A stretch of 64,000 nucleotides of DNA from Antedon mediterranea. Lineage: Eukaryota > Animalia > Echinodermata. The position numbers were made by a program, and so were the translations under genes. The DNA is taken from contig NC_092677.1 of assembly GCF_964355755.1 (NCBI RefSeq), positions 25,097,175 to 25,161,174 of the forward strand, in the 5' to 3' direction. The notes under the pieces were generated by a model. That model searched no databases. It was not told the DNA's origin and saw nothing but the letters and a program-made list of their open reading frames with translations. The first letter of the stretch is position 1, and every line of letters begins with the position of its first letter. This document shows positions 1 to 10,901 of the stretch, piece by piece.

Positions 1-13
1 GATATATTTGCTT

Positions 14-178
14 AAGTTCTGTACACTATCAAACTAGTTTAACGAAAAAACTGTGATGACGTGCCCCAATATGATAGTGATGTGCCCAAGTATGGTAGTT
101 ATATGACATCATCTTGTCCATATATGGTCACATCACATTTTTTTTTCACATCAATTTTGATAGTGTAGACAGAGCTTT
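14..178. mobile_element. MITE family A (PIF/Harbinger-like, TIR AGCTCTGTCTACACTATCAAA)
   Basis: Terminal inverted repeats with T/A-rich (TWA-like) flanks and internal 'cccaaatatggtagtgat' subrepeats; about 11 copies in the window. Confidence 0.75.
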
Positions 179-839
179 ATACTATAGTCCGAGTCTTAAT
201 TCAATTGAACCGTTAGAAATGAAAGTTCAATAATATTGGCAATTAAGAGACTCATATTAATAAATTGTGTCTGTTTGCGGTTGATTTAAAATAATGAACA
301 TTCATTGGTCAGTCTTTAACAGTTCATGAAAGTCAAGGCTACTAAAACATACACTGAGTATAAATTTTCTTGTATCTATCTTTACATTACTTTAAATTTA
401 CTGTGTTGAGTGATATAAGGCAGTCGATGTCATTTAGAAATTGTCACTTGATGTTGTCACTTGTGCGCATAACATCATGTGATCATTTTGGATTAGTCAC
501 ATGTTGACAAACATTCATTCATGTTCATAATCTTGTTGATAGTAATTATGGTAATTAATTATTAATAGGTTATTTGCACTATGTGGATAACCCTTGTGAT
601 TTAAATATTAATGCTTTTTTCACATTATTTTTTATTTCTTTTTACTATTTTTGTCGGGGAGTTTCTCCGTAACGTGTAAACAGCAAAAACAAAACTTTCA
701 AATTGGTCAGCATATACCTTTATCTGAACAAACTGAACTGAGGGATGGTGATCAATTTACTATTTGTAATCCTTGGCTACATGTGCCTAGACAGACATAA
801 AATATAATCAATAGATAAAGTAAAACTTGGTTGTAATAC

Positions 840-858
840 CATGGAGAAATTCTCCATG
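840..858. mobile_element. 19-bp palindromic transposon remnant with 7-bp TSD (P-like CA..TG ends)
   Basis: GTAATAC-[CATGGAGAAATTCTCCATG]-GTAATAC. Confidence 0.55.
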
Positions 859-944
859 GTAATACACACACATAAATAAAATTCATAAATATTGTTTCCT
901 GAGGTTATCAGAGAATGTGGTTTTATACATGGTTGAATTTAAAA

Positions 945-1134
945 CTATAATGTTTTGCAACAATTGTATTTAAATTGTATCAGCCCAGGTATTGTTATTA
1001 CTGGTTTTACTGTAGCTGTACGAAGATAAAATGTTTTCGTAGACCATTTCGTATTGGGGTCCATTGGATCTACCATGGTTCGTTCTGTAAAAGTCATTTC
1101 TCCTTTCTTGTTTATTAAAATTACAGTTGTAGTT
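945..1134 (-). CDS. TANGO2: TANGO2 coding exon 7 (terminal): (R)TTTVILINKKGEMTFTERTMVDPMDPNTKWSTKTFYLRTATVKPVITIPGLIQFKYNCCKTL*
   Basis: taacag acceptor, phase 2 matching the upstream exon; resembles the TANGO2 YGTR-TxTxILV..G..TFTER motif; TAG at 947..945. Confidence 0.88.
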
Positions 1135-1550
1135 CTGTTAGAATAAAATCAATTAGATATAAATTGTTAAAATGTCATAGTCGCATCACCATTTCTTCAT
1201 TTCCCCCCCTAAATTTCATTAAAAATTACAATGAAAAGATAGGATCTAATGTACAGTTCAGTGGTTAATTTCACAATTTTTAGGCCCTCTGTACCTCTAT
1301 TTCAAAATACTGGACCCACCCCTTCATCATCATCACCGTCATCATTATAGTCGTCATTGTCTAATCACGTTGTGACCCTAAATCTACATTTGCATCTTTG
1401 AATTTGTCAATATCACTGTTATTGTCGTCTTGTTATCTTATCATCTGAAATAATCATTTGAAATAATAAATTTGAAAATAATGTTTTTAATTAATTAATC
1501 TAAAAAAATTAAAAGTTTTTGTTCTATTGTAGTAATAGAATTGATAGTAC

Positions 1551-1640
1551 CTTGTGCCATAATCCGGTGATTTGAAGAAAGCTGCTTCTGGGACTAAGAG
1601 TGAATCCTCAAATGAAATACCTTCTGGAATTTCCCATTCT
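1551..1640 (-). CDS. TANGO2: TANGO2 coding exon 6: (G)EWEIPEGISFEDSLLVPEAAFFKSPDYGTR
   Basis: cactaac branch point, ttacag acceptor, AG|gtact donor; conserved YGTR. Confidence 0.88.
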
Positions 1641-1897
1641 CTGTAAGCAATCAAGTTTGTTAGTGCACGATTAAGTCGCCGGACTAATTGAATGAACCTC
1701 TGACTGGTGCCATTGTTAGTTACGGTACTTAATCTATTCAAGTACAGTAGTTTTAAATTTTAACCTGCAATCTTTTGTTTTCACGCGGCTACACACGCGT
1801 GAAGCGTCATGAAAAGGAAACATTGGCGGCAGATTCAATTTTTGGCATCAAACCGTGCCGAAAAAAGAATATATCCAAATAAATAAATTTACTGTAC

Positions 1898-2051
1898 CCT
1901 TCTTTTCTTGATGCATATTTGAGTAGTGTTTGTGTTAGTTCATCCGTACTCATAGTCTGGTTTTTTTTCATCAACTCTTCCAGATATTTTTTACCATTCG
2001 TGGCTTTTGGCCATGGCTGGTACAATGGGGTGTTAGAAATGCCGTAACAGC
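1898..2051 (-). CDS. TANGO2: TANGO2 coding exon 5: (G)CYGISNTPLYQPWPKATNGKKYLEELMKKNQTMSTDELTQTLLKYASRKEG
   Basis: YG(I/L)SN..L..PW.K...GK motif; polypyrimidine tract ending in gag; GG|gtacag donor; phases fit both neighbours. Confidence 0.85.
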
Positions 2052-2450
2052 CTCAAAAGGAAAAAAAGTTCAGAAGGTCAAATCAAATATCCGCTATATT
2101 GATCCTAACAAACCAAAGCTAGTATAAAGAACTGATGTGATGATGTGTGAATTTTTATAAACAACTAAATCTTTACAGTTTGAGAATTATTGTGTGATTA
2201 CATAATAGAGATTAAAGAAAATGAAATGAAAGTCATTTATATTCAATATTATTTCATATTGGACATTTTATTGAGTGAAATTTGCCCAGAATAAAAATTA
2301 CTCAATATCAATACTCCAATAGTGTTCTTTCACAAATAATATTTTTTTGTATACTATAAATTGATTTATTTTTGCTTTAAAAATCAATGAACTGGTATTA
2401 CATTCACATAAAGTTCAAAATATTACAAGCAGTTTACAATTTAAACATAA

Positions 2451-3101
2451 ATTTAAGATTAGTAATAGTAACCCACTACTCTAATAGTAACCCCCCTTCT
2501 AATAGTAACCCACCCTAAAAAATAATCAAAAATAATAACCCAGGGTCACGATTAAAATAGAAGGTTGGTTACTATTTTCAGGTGCCTAATTTAAGATAAG
2601 TAATAGTAACCCCCCTTCTAATAGTAACCCACCCTAAAAAATAATCAAAAATAATAACCCAGGGTCACGATTCAAATAGAAGGTTGGTTACTATTTTCAG
2701 GTGCCTAATTTAAGATAAGTAATAGTAACCCACTACTCTAATAGTAACCCCCCTTCTAATAGTAACCCACCCTAAAAAATAATCAAAAATAATAACCCAG
2801 GGTCACGATTAAAATAGAAGGTTGGTTACTATTTTCAGGTGCCTAATTTAAGATAAGTAATAGTAACCCACTACTCTAATAGTAACCCCCCTTCTAATAG
2901 TAACCCACCCTAAAAAATAATCAAAAATAATAACCCAGGGTCACGATTAAAATAGAAGGTTGATTACTATTTTCAGGTGCCTAATTTAAGATAAGTAATA
3001 GTAACCCACTACTCTAATAGTAACCCCCCTTCTAATAGTAACCCACCCTAAAAAATAATCAAAAATAATAACCCAGGGTCATGATTAGAAGATTTACGGT
3101 A
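2451..3101. repeat. ~138-bp tandem repeat (about 4.7 copies, one of 119 bp) in TANGO2 intron 4
   Basis: Units start at 2451, 2588, 2707, 2845, 2983; AATAGTAACCC subrepeats with an inverted GGTTACTATT; array ends in ATTTACGGTA. Confidence 0.9.
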
Positions 3102-3244
3102 ATTCTAAAATGGGACCATAAACAATTCAATGTACTGTACTGTACACTTTAAATATTAGCAGAAATATTTGGTTTTGATTTTGACGTCGATCTTTACCGA
3201 TACGATGGCTTTTTATTAATTTAATTTTAATTCTTTTTACTTAC

Positions 3245-3312
3245 CAGGTTCCAATAAAGAATATTCTCCTTCTGATGTGTTACTATAGTACCAAACTTCT
3301 GGTCTTGCTTGT
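3245..3312 (-). CDS. TANGO2: TANGO2 coding exon 4: (R)QARPEVWYYSNTSEGEYSLLEP(G)
   Basis: ttttag acceptor, G|gtaagt donor; YYSN...L.PG motif. Confidence 0.88.
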
Positions 3313-3686
3313 CTAAAATTGATTAAGAAAAGCGAAAAATACTTGACAAATAAAAAAAGGACTACCGTATATTGATAAACTGATAAATAATAGATTAAAA
3401 AAATGGAAGTGGTGTTTTTTTTTTATTAACCATAAACTTAATATTAATAAATCACTGTTGAGTATTTTCCTTTAAAAGCAATTGTTAATTCACCTTAGAA
3501 TTAGGAAATGGTTGTTTCAATGGTTTTGTGTTTTTATGTACTACAGGAAGTTGTCATCAACCATCGCATTATGTCACCTAAAAAATGTTTCGCAAATGTG
3601 GTGCAATTTTTTGGGGGGATTTTGTTTTATTTAAAGAGTTTTTGAGAAAATACCAAATATTTTTTGCATGGAAAAAAAAAACTTAC

Positions 3687-3795
3687 CTGAAGTCCATCAA
3701 AATAAGATTAAATTCATTGTAATCTGAACCACTAAGTTGTCTTAAGTATGAAGTACAGTCGGTATCATTTGTTAAGAAATTTGTAACCAGTGAGC
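3687..3795 (-). CDS. TANGO2: TANGO2 coding exon 3: (G)SLVTNFLTNDTDCTSYLRQLSGSDYNEFNLILMDF(R)
   Basis: tttcag acceptor, AG|gtaagt donor; RG.LV..FL and YN.FNLI motifs. Confidence 0.92.
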
Positions 3796-4158
3796 CTGAA
3801 ATGTTCAGTATTTAGTAGGATAAAAACAAAAATGGTATAAAAAAACACCTTACGCCTAATTATTTATAAAGCAGAGATGTGGACTCCCGCAGTTTCCTTA
3901 TTGATCACTTGGTAACGTTTCTCATAGCAGATAGAAATAAGAAAAACGAATACTTAGAATGTTTAGATTTTAACGATAGGCCAGTATGAGTTCATTTTTT
4001 AGCAGAAGGGGATTACCAAGTCACATTCTTTGTCTATCATTTATCAATCTTTCTGCTTGAGTCAAGATAAGCTGTGCTTAAGTAAAAACTGGTTTTACCA
4101 AAACAATTACTTAAGAAATGGACTTATCTGAAATTGTAATACATTAAAAGATACAGAC

Positions 4159-4293
4159 CTCTGCCAAATAATTTTTTGTTTGTTACCCATCCACTGTTTG
4201 CGGGCTCTCTTATGTTTAATAGACAAGCCACCTTTCCCTTTTTTGAGACACCTAGCCATGTTCCACCTTCTTTTCCTGGTCTCATATCAACAC
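4159..4293 (-). CDS. TANGO2: TANGO2 coding exon 2: (G)[44 protein letters not shown](G)
   Basis: tttag acceptor, G|gtctgt donor; hallmark GGTWLG motif. Confidence 0.93.
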
Positions 4294-4445
4294 CTAAATT
4301 AACAAAAGTTGAACTTTGGTTGGTTGTTTGGTTGAATAAAAAAACCCAGGTTAAAAGCTAGCCAACAGCCAAATAAAAACAGGTGATTGAAGACTATCGG
4401 AGAAGAATAGACTATCGTTAGCTGAACAATGCTAAATCAACTCAC

Positions 4446-4587
4446 CACACAGCACATCTTTGTTGGAATCCAAATAATCTGCAGATTTAGTTGGTTTTAT
4501 AAAATATTCATCTCGATTATAAACTAATACAAGTTTATAACCATTTTCACCTGGGCTTTCATTTATCATAAACCATGTAACACACAT
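4446..4587 (-). CDS. TANGO2: TANGO2 coding exon 1: MCVTWFMINESPGENGYKLVLVYNRDEYFIKPTKSADYLDSNKDVLC(G)
   Basis: Met-Cys start and NRDE signature; G|gtgagt donor; upstream acceptor puts the exon start at 4625; the seven exons sum to 888 nt with no internal stop. Confidence 0.93.
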
Positions 4588-4939
4588 TATTATATTTAAG
4601 TATTGACGTTGACGAGTAGGATGACCTGAGATAGTGTGGTATAGAAAAGTAAATAAAACCCTACTGTAACCTTGTGATCAACGTTTCTTTGATAGGCTAA
4701 TTCGATTATCCGTCATAGCCAAAGTAATTGTAAAAGTATTTGAACATTGTAGCCTGTGATCTATGAATTGGCTTTGATCAATAATGTCTGTAGTACCACT
4801 TGATTGAAAGCATTTATATGCATTGTCAAAATTGGTAGAATGACTATTCAAATTATACATAGGTTTCAGACATATAAATGTTATTGCGTTAATATTTTTC
4901 CAGTCTTTTTGAAGCACTTTGAATATATTAAGTATATAA

Positions 4940-5081
4940 TACTAGTGGGACAAAAAAGTGTGATGTGCCCAAATATGGTAGTGATATTCCCAAATATGAT
5001 AGTTATATGACATCATCATGTCCATACATAGGCACATCACATGTTTTTGTCACATTAAGTTTGATAGTGTGGACAGGGCTT
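4940..5081. mobile_element. MITE family A, partial copy
   Basis: Internal subrepeats plus right TIR 'gtttgatagtgtggacagggct'. Confidence 0.65.
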
Positions 5082-5417
5082 AAGATTTCCCTCGTTAATT
5101 TTCTAGTGTCCCATCAATAGAGGGTGTCCCAAAAGAAGGGGTTTTCTTCTTTTGCTATCCATCGTGTCTAATGCTATTTAATGACTAGGTGTGTATCCTG
5201 TGGGTGTTTCAGTTGGGAAAAAAAGAAGAAATCTCTTTCTGTTGCGGATCATGTGCAGTGTGTACAAAAATTGCCAGTGTTGGTATTTAAAAAGTGCCTA
5301 TATTGTGTGTTCTCATTTTTTGTTTTTGATACACCTTACTTGATTGTTTTTAGGCTAGTTTTTCCCAGCTCTTAAAAAAACATTAATTTTTGTGGCTTCT
5401 AGGTGACGTTTGATCAC

Positions 5418-5542
5418 CTCTATGCCGGGTACCTCGCTCGCCGTACATAATGATAAGAGGGATACTGTTTGATGCAGCCTGAATCAGCGATTTTTTATGT
5501 ATATTCTGAGGATTAAAAATGTTAAAATTCACAAAGCGTATC
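5418..5542 (-). other. Candidate upstream TANGO2 exon (5'UTR or N-terminal extension)
   Basis: Strong acceptor ctccttctcttgttttag; open frame; AG|gtgatc donor in phase 1, in frame with the exon starting at 4625. Confidence 0.35.
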
Positions 5543-5927
5543 CTAAAACAAGAGAAGGAGGGGCTTTAATGTCTAAATTGTGATTCAATTTAGACATTTA
5601 AATTTATTAATTGGCAATTTATAAATTACAGTATGTGATGAAAAGCCATTCTCTGTGTATCATGGAAAAGTGAATTTGCCATTAGGTATTAAATTCAGTT
5701 TGGAAAGATACGGGTAATTTCCAGGCATCAGACATATACAGTAATTTGTAAATTGTATTTTGTTGAATAGCCAAGACAACAATTCAAAGTTATTTAAAGC
5801 ATGATTGTTATATTATGATTCAACCTTCAACTGGTTAAACTTTAGTTATTAACTTTATATGATGTCTAAATTTATAATAGGAAAACGTAAACAGGACCCA
5901 TTAATCTAGTTTTGCAACACAGCAAAG

Positions 5928-5976
5928 TATGCGCGCCTTTTGAATTCGCTCCGTGTGACGTCCGATCCATTGGTTT
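5928..5976 (-). promoter_or_regulatory. Candidate TANGO2 promoter elements
   Basis: Small CpG cluster in CpG-poor DNA with GCGCGC, CRE-like TGACGT and a minus-strand CCAAT (5969..5973). Confidence 0.25.
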
Positions 5977-6188
5977 GAAAATGAACAATATGAAAAATAT
6001 TTTAAATTCAAATATAAGAAAGATATATACATTTATACAACAAAATCAAATTATCTTTTTGTGATAATTGAATAGAACCATTTTGTTAACTCCAAAAGAG
6101 ATAATGTTGATGTCCCTTATTAATTGGTATTTTGGCCTTGTTATAGTTTATAAATATCAACACAATATATAATATTGTATAAGTTTAT

Positions 6189-6543
6189 AGATGTATTGTC
6201 CCCCTAAAAAAATAATTATTAAAAATGTTTTTGTTGAATATGCCATTTTTTTTTAATGTCACATAATATTTTTCCACTTTGACCAAAAATTAGATAAAAA
6301 AAAAAAATATTTACCTGAAAAAACTGTAATTTAAAGCAAAAAATAGTCAAATTGGCTGCCAGCCAATGTATTTTTGGTTGAATTTAACCATTTATTTTGT
6401 CATTTTATGAGTGAAAACAATATTTTGTAGGGTTTTTTTTAACAGAAGTGATTAACTTTATTAAAACTACAAAATAACCTACCGTATTTAAAGTCTGATT
6501 AAATTAATCTTCATTTTTTATGTTTTTGGGGGACAATACATCT
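6189..6543. mobile_element. TTAA-target MITE family K1 (Kolobok-like, TIR AGATGTATTGTCCCCC)
   Basis: 16-bp TIR, AG..CT termini, TTAA on the right (TTAT on the left); related copies at 21.7 kb and 23.2 kb. Confidence 0.75.
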
Positions 6544-6679
6544 TTAATTGAATTGAGGTATATAAAAAAGGTTTTAAAAATTCAATAATATTGGCAATCA
6601 AATCTTTAAAAATTCCTTGCGAACCTCCAGAACCTATGTTTACGTAACCACATATATTTATTTGGTAAAGAAACTTCTA

Positions 6680-7035
6680 TAAATATATGGCCGACTTCTG
6701 TCGTAAACGACAATGTCATTTCCTGTTACATTCATCTGAATGATGACTAAGCCAGCACTGTTTAAAGTACCTTTGGCTCGTCCCAACAGTGACCAAGAGC
6801 TTCTCTCGTCCAGTGTCCACCTCAACCAGAGGAGAGACGCAAGCCAATACGTCTGAGGCAGATACTACTAGATGCAGGGGCTGCCATAAGAGTCAGCAGT
6901 GCTGATTTCAAATGCCTAATGGGACCCCAGCTCCATATACAGCACCCGGTATTCCCAGATGGTCTCCCATCCAAGCGCTAACCAGGCCCAACGTTGCTTA
7001 ACTTCGGTGATCTGATAGAACCGGTGTTTCAACAT
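6680..7035 (-). mobile_element. 5S rRNA-derived SINE (SINE3-type)
   Basis: Head GATCACCGAAGTTAAGCAACGTTGGGCCTGGTTAG..GGATGGGAGACC..TGGGAATACCGGGTGCTGTA matches 5S; non-5S body shared with 12030..12365. Confidence 0.85.
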
Positions 7036-8004
7036 CCAAGACCTGGAGTTTACCATTTCCTCTAAACAACAAAGTAAATTCAACTAAGGTGGAATGAATC
7101 CCTATTTGTCGCATCTATTTTCGTCAGACTGACTTTTTGTTTCCAGTTAATTTGTTTACATTTACAGTACCATTCTTTCTTTGATGTAAATTTGAACAGT
7201 ATTTATGTATGCAGGTCCGACAGTCAGGTTTTTGTTCAATTATCGAGGCTTTATTTAGAATATCAATATAAATAACATGAAATTACAACAGGCTGACAGT
7301 TATATGTATCAGAAAATAGCTAAAGGGGATTTTAACAATTACCCACACTACACACTCCCTTCACATGGGACATTCTACACTCTTATAATTGAAACTGTCA
7401 GTGCTTAACTAAAGTAATGAATTTTCTCTACAAAGAATTGCCTGTTATACCTTATCGTAATTGTACCCTCAACACCTTTATTTAGAAATTGTGCTATTTC
7501 AAATTGGCTAGATCACTTTACGATATATCAAAAACCAAATTTCGTTCTGTTTTTCCTGCATTCCGATTGGTTCGTTATCTTCGAAATCTTACAGAGCATT
7601 TGTTAAAAGTTTGTTGTACGTTGTTATGCCTTGAAGCGTAATAATTTCTCGAAAACCAAAGAGATATTGTTCTATTTCGGATGCAATCGAATTACCTGTT
7701 TGTTTCGGAGCGTATTTATGACTAGGTTTTTGAAGTTTGAGGAGAGATACATCTCGGTACAGGTGTGCCAAGGGGCCTTCGATCTCTCTAATTTAGATGA
7801 CAAGTTGCAGCAACTGTTGTATCTATTTAGGCAGTTATTTAAATCAATCTAGATAAAAGGGAACCTTTTTAATGTCAATCAGTGTAAGATAAACCAGACT
7901 CCATCAGTTGTTTCTCTCTTGTTAATCAATCATCTTTTTTGTCATTCATATTTTAAAATCATACATTTTTATAGCTTATATATCAAAATTGTTCAGTCTT
8001 ACTA

Positions 8005-8194
8005 AAGCTTGGTTCCCACTAAAGAGGCAACATAACGCAGCCTACACAAATGCCCTTCCTATAATTGTGTTCAAATCATGTTTGCGATGTTTGCAGCACG
8101 GTTTGCAGCACTGTTTGCAGCACTGTTGCGTCGTCGGTTCCAACTTGTGATCACGCAATACAGGACTTTGCGTCGATACTAGTGGGAACCACAC
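8005..8194. mobile_element. MITE family B (Harbinger-like, TIR AGCTTGGTTCCCACTAG)
   Basis: TIRs present; body similar to the copies at 54435 and 54698. Confidence 0.7.
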
Positions 8195-8499
8195 TATAGG
8201 AGAACCCTTCTTTTCTCTCTTCTTCTTCTTAACGTTTTTTCGTTTTTCGACATTACGCTTTCCACAATTTGTTTCCATGTTTGTCTGTTTATGGCAGGAT
8301 GGTTTGTTATTGTGTTAGTGTCTACAGTACATGTCCTTGTAAGTCTTTCTTTATTTGATTCATCCTTCAAATTCAGGCGACACTTTTCCATGAAATACAG
8401 TTATATCAATTTTAATTTTAACAAACATTTATTTCATCAAATGCCATACAAATAATACAAAGCATAAAATATGTTTGAACATTACGACACCTCAACTTA

Positions 8500-8653
8500 A
8501 GCTTTGTTTACACTATCAAAATAGTTTGACAAAAAAAAGTGTGATATTCCCAAATGGTAGTAATATTCCCATATATAGTAGTGATATGACATCATCATGA
8601 CCATATATGGGCACATCACATTTTTTTGTCACATAAAGTTTGATAGTGTAGTC
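8500..8653. mobile_element. MITE family A copy
   Basis: 'gctttgtttacactatcaaa' ... 'tttgatagtgtag'. Confidence 0.7.
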
Positions 8654-8967
8654 ATTCCCATGAAACAAGTGAGAGGCTCAAATGTACTGATACTTCTTGA
8701 GACTGATCAATGATGGTCCATAGGATTATTTTAATACATTAACTTTTATCCAATTAGAATTTTCTCTATACTGCCCTCTATAGTTTAAGATTGATTACAA
8801 TCATCAGTGATGTAATCATCTTTAATTTTATTTTTGCTTTTTTCATTCCATTGTCACATTACATCCACATTTTGAATGTATAGCCAATTTAAGACAATTA
8901 AAGAATTAATCTAAAGAAAAAAATAACCCTCTGAATATGGGATATTTTCTTCCATCTCTACTCTTTA

Positions 8968-9114
8968 AAGCTATGTCTATACTATCAAAGTAGTTTGACA
9001 AAAAAGAGTGCGATGTGGCCAAATAAGGTAGTGATGTGCCCAAATAAGGTAGTGATATGCTTAAATATAGTAGTGATATAGTTGTCATAAAGTTTGATAG
9101 TGTAGAGAGAGCTT
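8968..9114. mobile_element. MITE family A copy
   Basis: Both TIRs recognisable; explains ORFs 8906..9088 and 8985..9173. Confidence 0.7.
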
Positions 9115-9614
9115 AAGAGATCGGTATTCACTAACGACTCCTTACCATTATCTACAGTAGTGCCATACTGCAACCTTCATTTATTTGTGATTTGTGAAAT
9201 GTTTTATTTTTTATTTTATTAATTTCGTCAAACACAGCTTGCAATTAGCTGGATTGCGTCATGACTGGAAAAAGAGGCCAACACCTTCTGTCGCCGATTA
9301 GGTGTGCCACTTCAACAAAAATGCTTTACAAAATGAATATAATAAATTAATATAGTTCTGAAATAATGTTTTAAATAATCTTAAATTTATTAAACTTTTC
9401 GTAGAAATGAATTTTTTAAAATAGGAATGAATTTTTAACTAATTGCTCTATTTAAAATATCATTACTTTATATATAAAACCAGAAATATTTCAATATATA
9501 TATTTTAAAAAAACGCCACTTGACTTAACAGTTTTAATGATAATGAATTATTATCAATTATTTTTTGTTTGAGAATCAGTAGTAAACATTTTGTGTAACG
9601 TAAATATAGTCTTG

Positions 9615-9730
9615 CCTAATGTAGGCCTATAATGTAGGCCTATTGTAGGCCTAATGTAGGCCTATTGTAGGCCTAATGTAGGCATATTGTAGGCCTAATG
9701 TAGGCCTATTGTAGGCCTAATGTAGGCCTA
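9615..9730. repeat. 11-bp minisatellite (TAGGCCTAATG/TAGGCCTATTG)
   Basis: About 10 tandem units built on the palindrome TAGGCCTA. Confidence 0.85.
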
Positions 9731-10762
9731 CAGAACATAAATATAATCATATTCTATAGTACTGTATATTCCAGGGTAGGGCCGTTGGTAACTTGTGGAA
9801 ACAGTCTGAACTTGTTTTGAACTTGTTAGATATACATTGTGGGGTATCTAGGCCTAGCTGGAAGTTGACAGCATGGCACTGCTGTATCAACCACAAGGTA
9901 GAGAACAATAACAATTAGTAACAATCTATTAAGGTAACAAAACAAATATTTTCTTAAATTATACAATAAAAATTCCAGGAACAGAAAGCTTTTACTCTGG
10001 GAGTTTATCTTATTAATAGAAACAAAACAAACATACTTCAGATTTCTTTGCTAAAGTCATTTCAACTTACATTCATAGCATGTGATCTTTACCAATGTAG
10101 ATGTTGCGTATAGTTTCCATAGCGATAGCAATTTCTCACTGTTGTAAAATTGTAGCACTTTAGAATTACCAGCCTGCCCTCAAGGTAATAAAAACAAAGT
10201 ATTATTTGTATTGTTCTTCAGTTCAAATTGAATGAATGTAAGCAGCTATTGGTGGAAGGTCTTGCCTGGAGGGACAGACGCTTTACTGCCATCTGTAACG
10301 CTTTAATTTCTGGATGATATTGTTATTTTAAAATGGTTCTCTTTACTTAAATGTTCCAAAACTTGATGTTTTAAAAGCACTTTAGTGCATCATGTTGGTA
10401 AAAAATTTATTTTTAAATTAGATCATCTGATCGTATCCATAAATGCCTAAAGGCTGATTCTGGTATGCCATATTACACTCATTAAAATATAAACAATTAC
10501 AAAATGGTTTACAATGGGTCTATCTTTCTTTTTGAATGTATTTAAGAAAATATTTAAAATTAGATCATCTTATCGTATCCTATTGAGAGACGCACCCCCT
10601 GGCGCATATACCCATGTGGTCCTTCGTCAGTATTCATCCAGATCCAGATCCAGATCCAGATTCTATTCCATAAATTTCTCGCTGCTGATCTGATTTGGTC
10701 GGCCTTACAAAATGTTTTGCGGTGGGTCTATGATCTGTAGCATATCTACAAAATAGCGTAAC

Positions 10763-10901
10763 GCTCTGTCTACACTATCAAACTACTTTAGTTTGAAAAA
10801 AAAGTGTGATGTGCCCAAATATGGTAGTGATATGACATCATCATGTCCATACGAGGTTACATCAAGTCACATAAAGTTAAATGATAGTGTAGACAGAGCT
10901 T
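10763..10901. mobile_element. MITE family A copy
   Basis: TIRs gctctgtctacactatca / tgatagtgtagacagagct. Confidence 0.75.

Noticed and set aside
1487-1741. 84-aa stand-alone ORF
   Set aside because: Only 1551..1640 is exonic (TANGO2 exon 6); the rest is intron read-through
6935-7035. Functional 5S rRNA gene
   Set aside because: 5' end is missing, there is no T-run terminator, and it runs into a body shared with a second dispersed copy, so it is a SINE head
8042-8391. Lys/Arg-rich ORFs
   Set aside because: They overlap a family B MITE and low-complexity sequence; no recognisable domain or consistent splice phases
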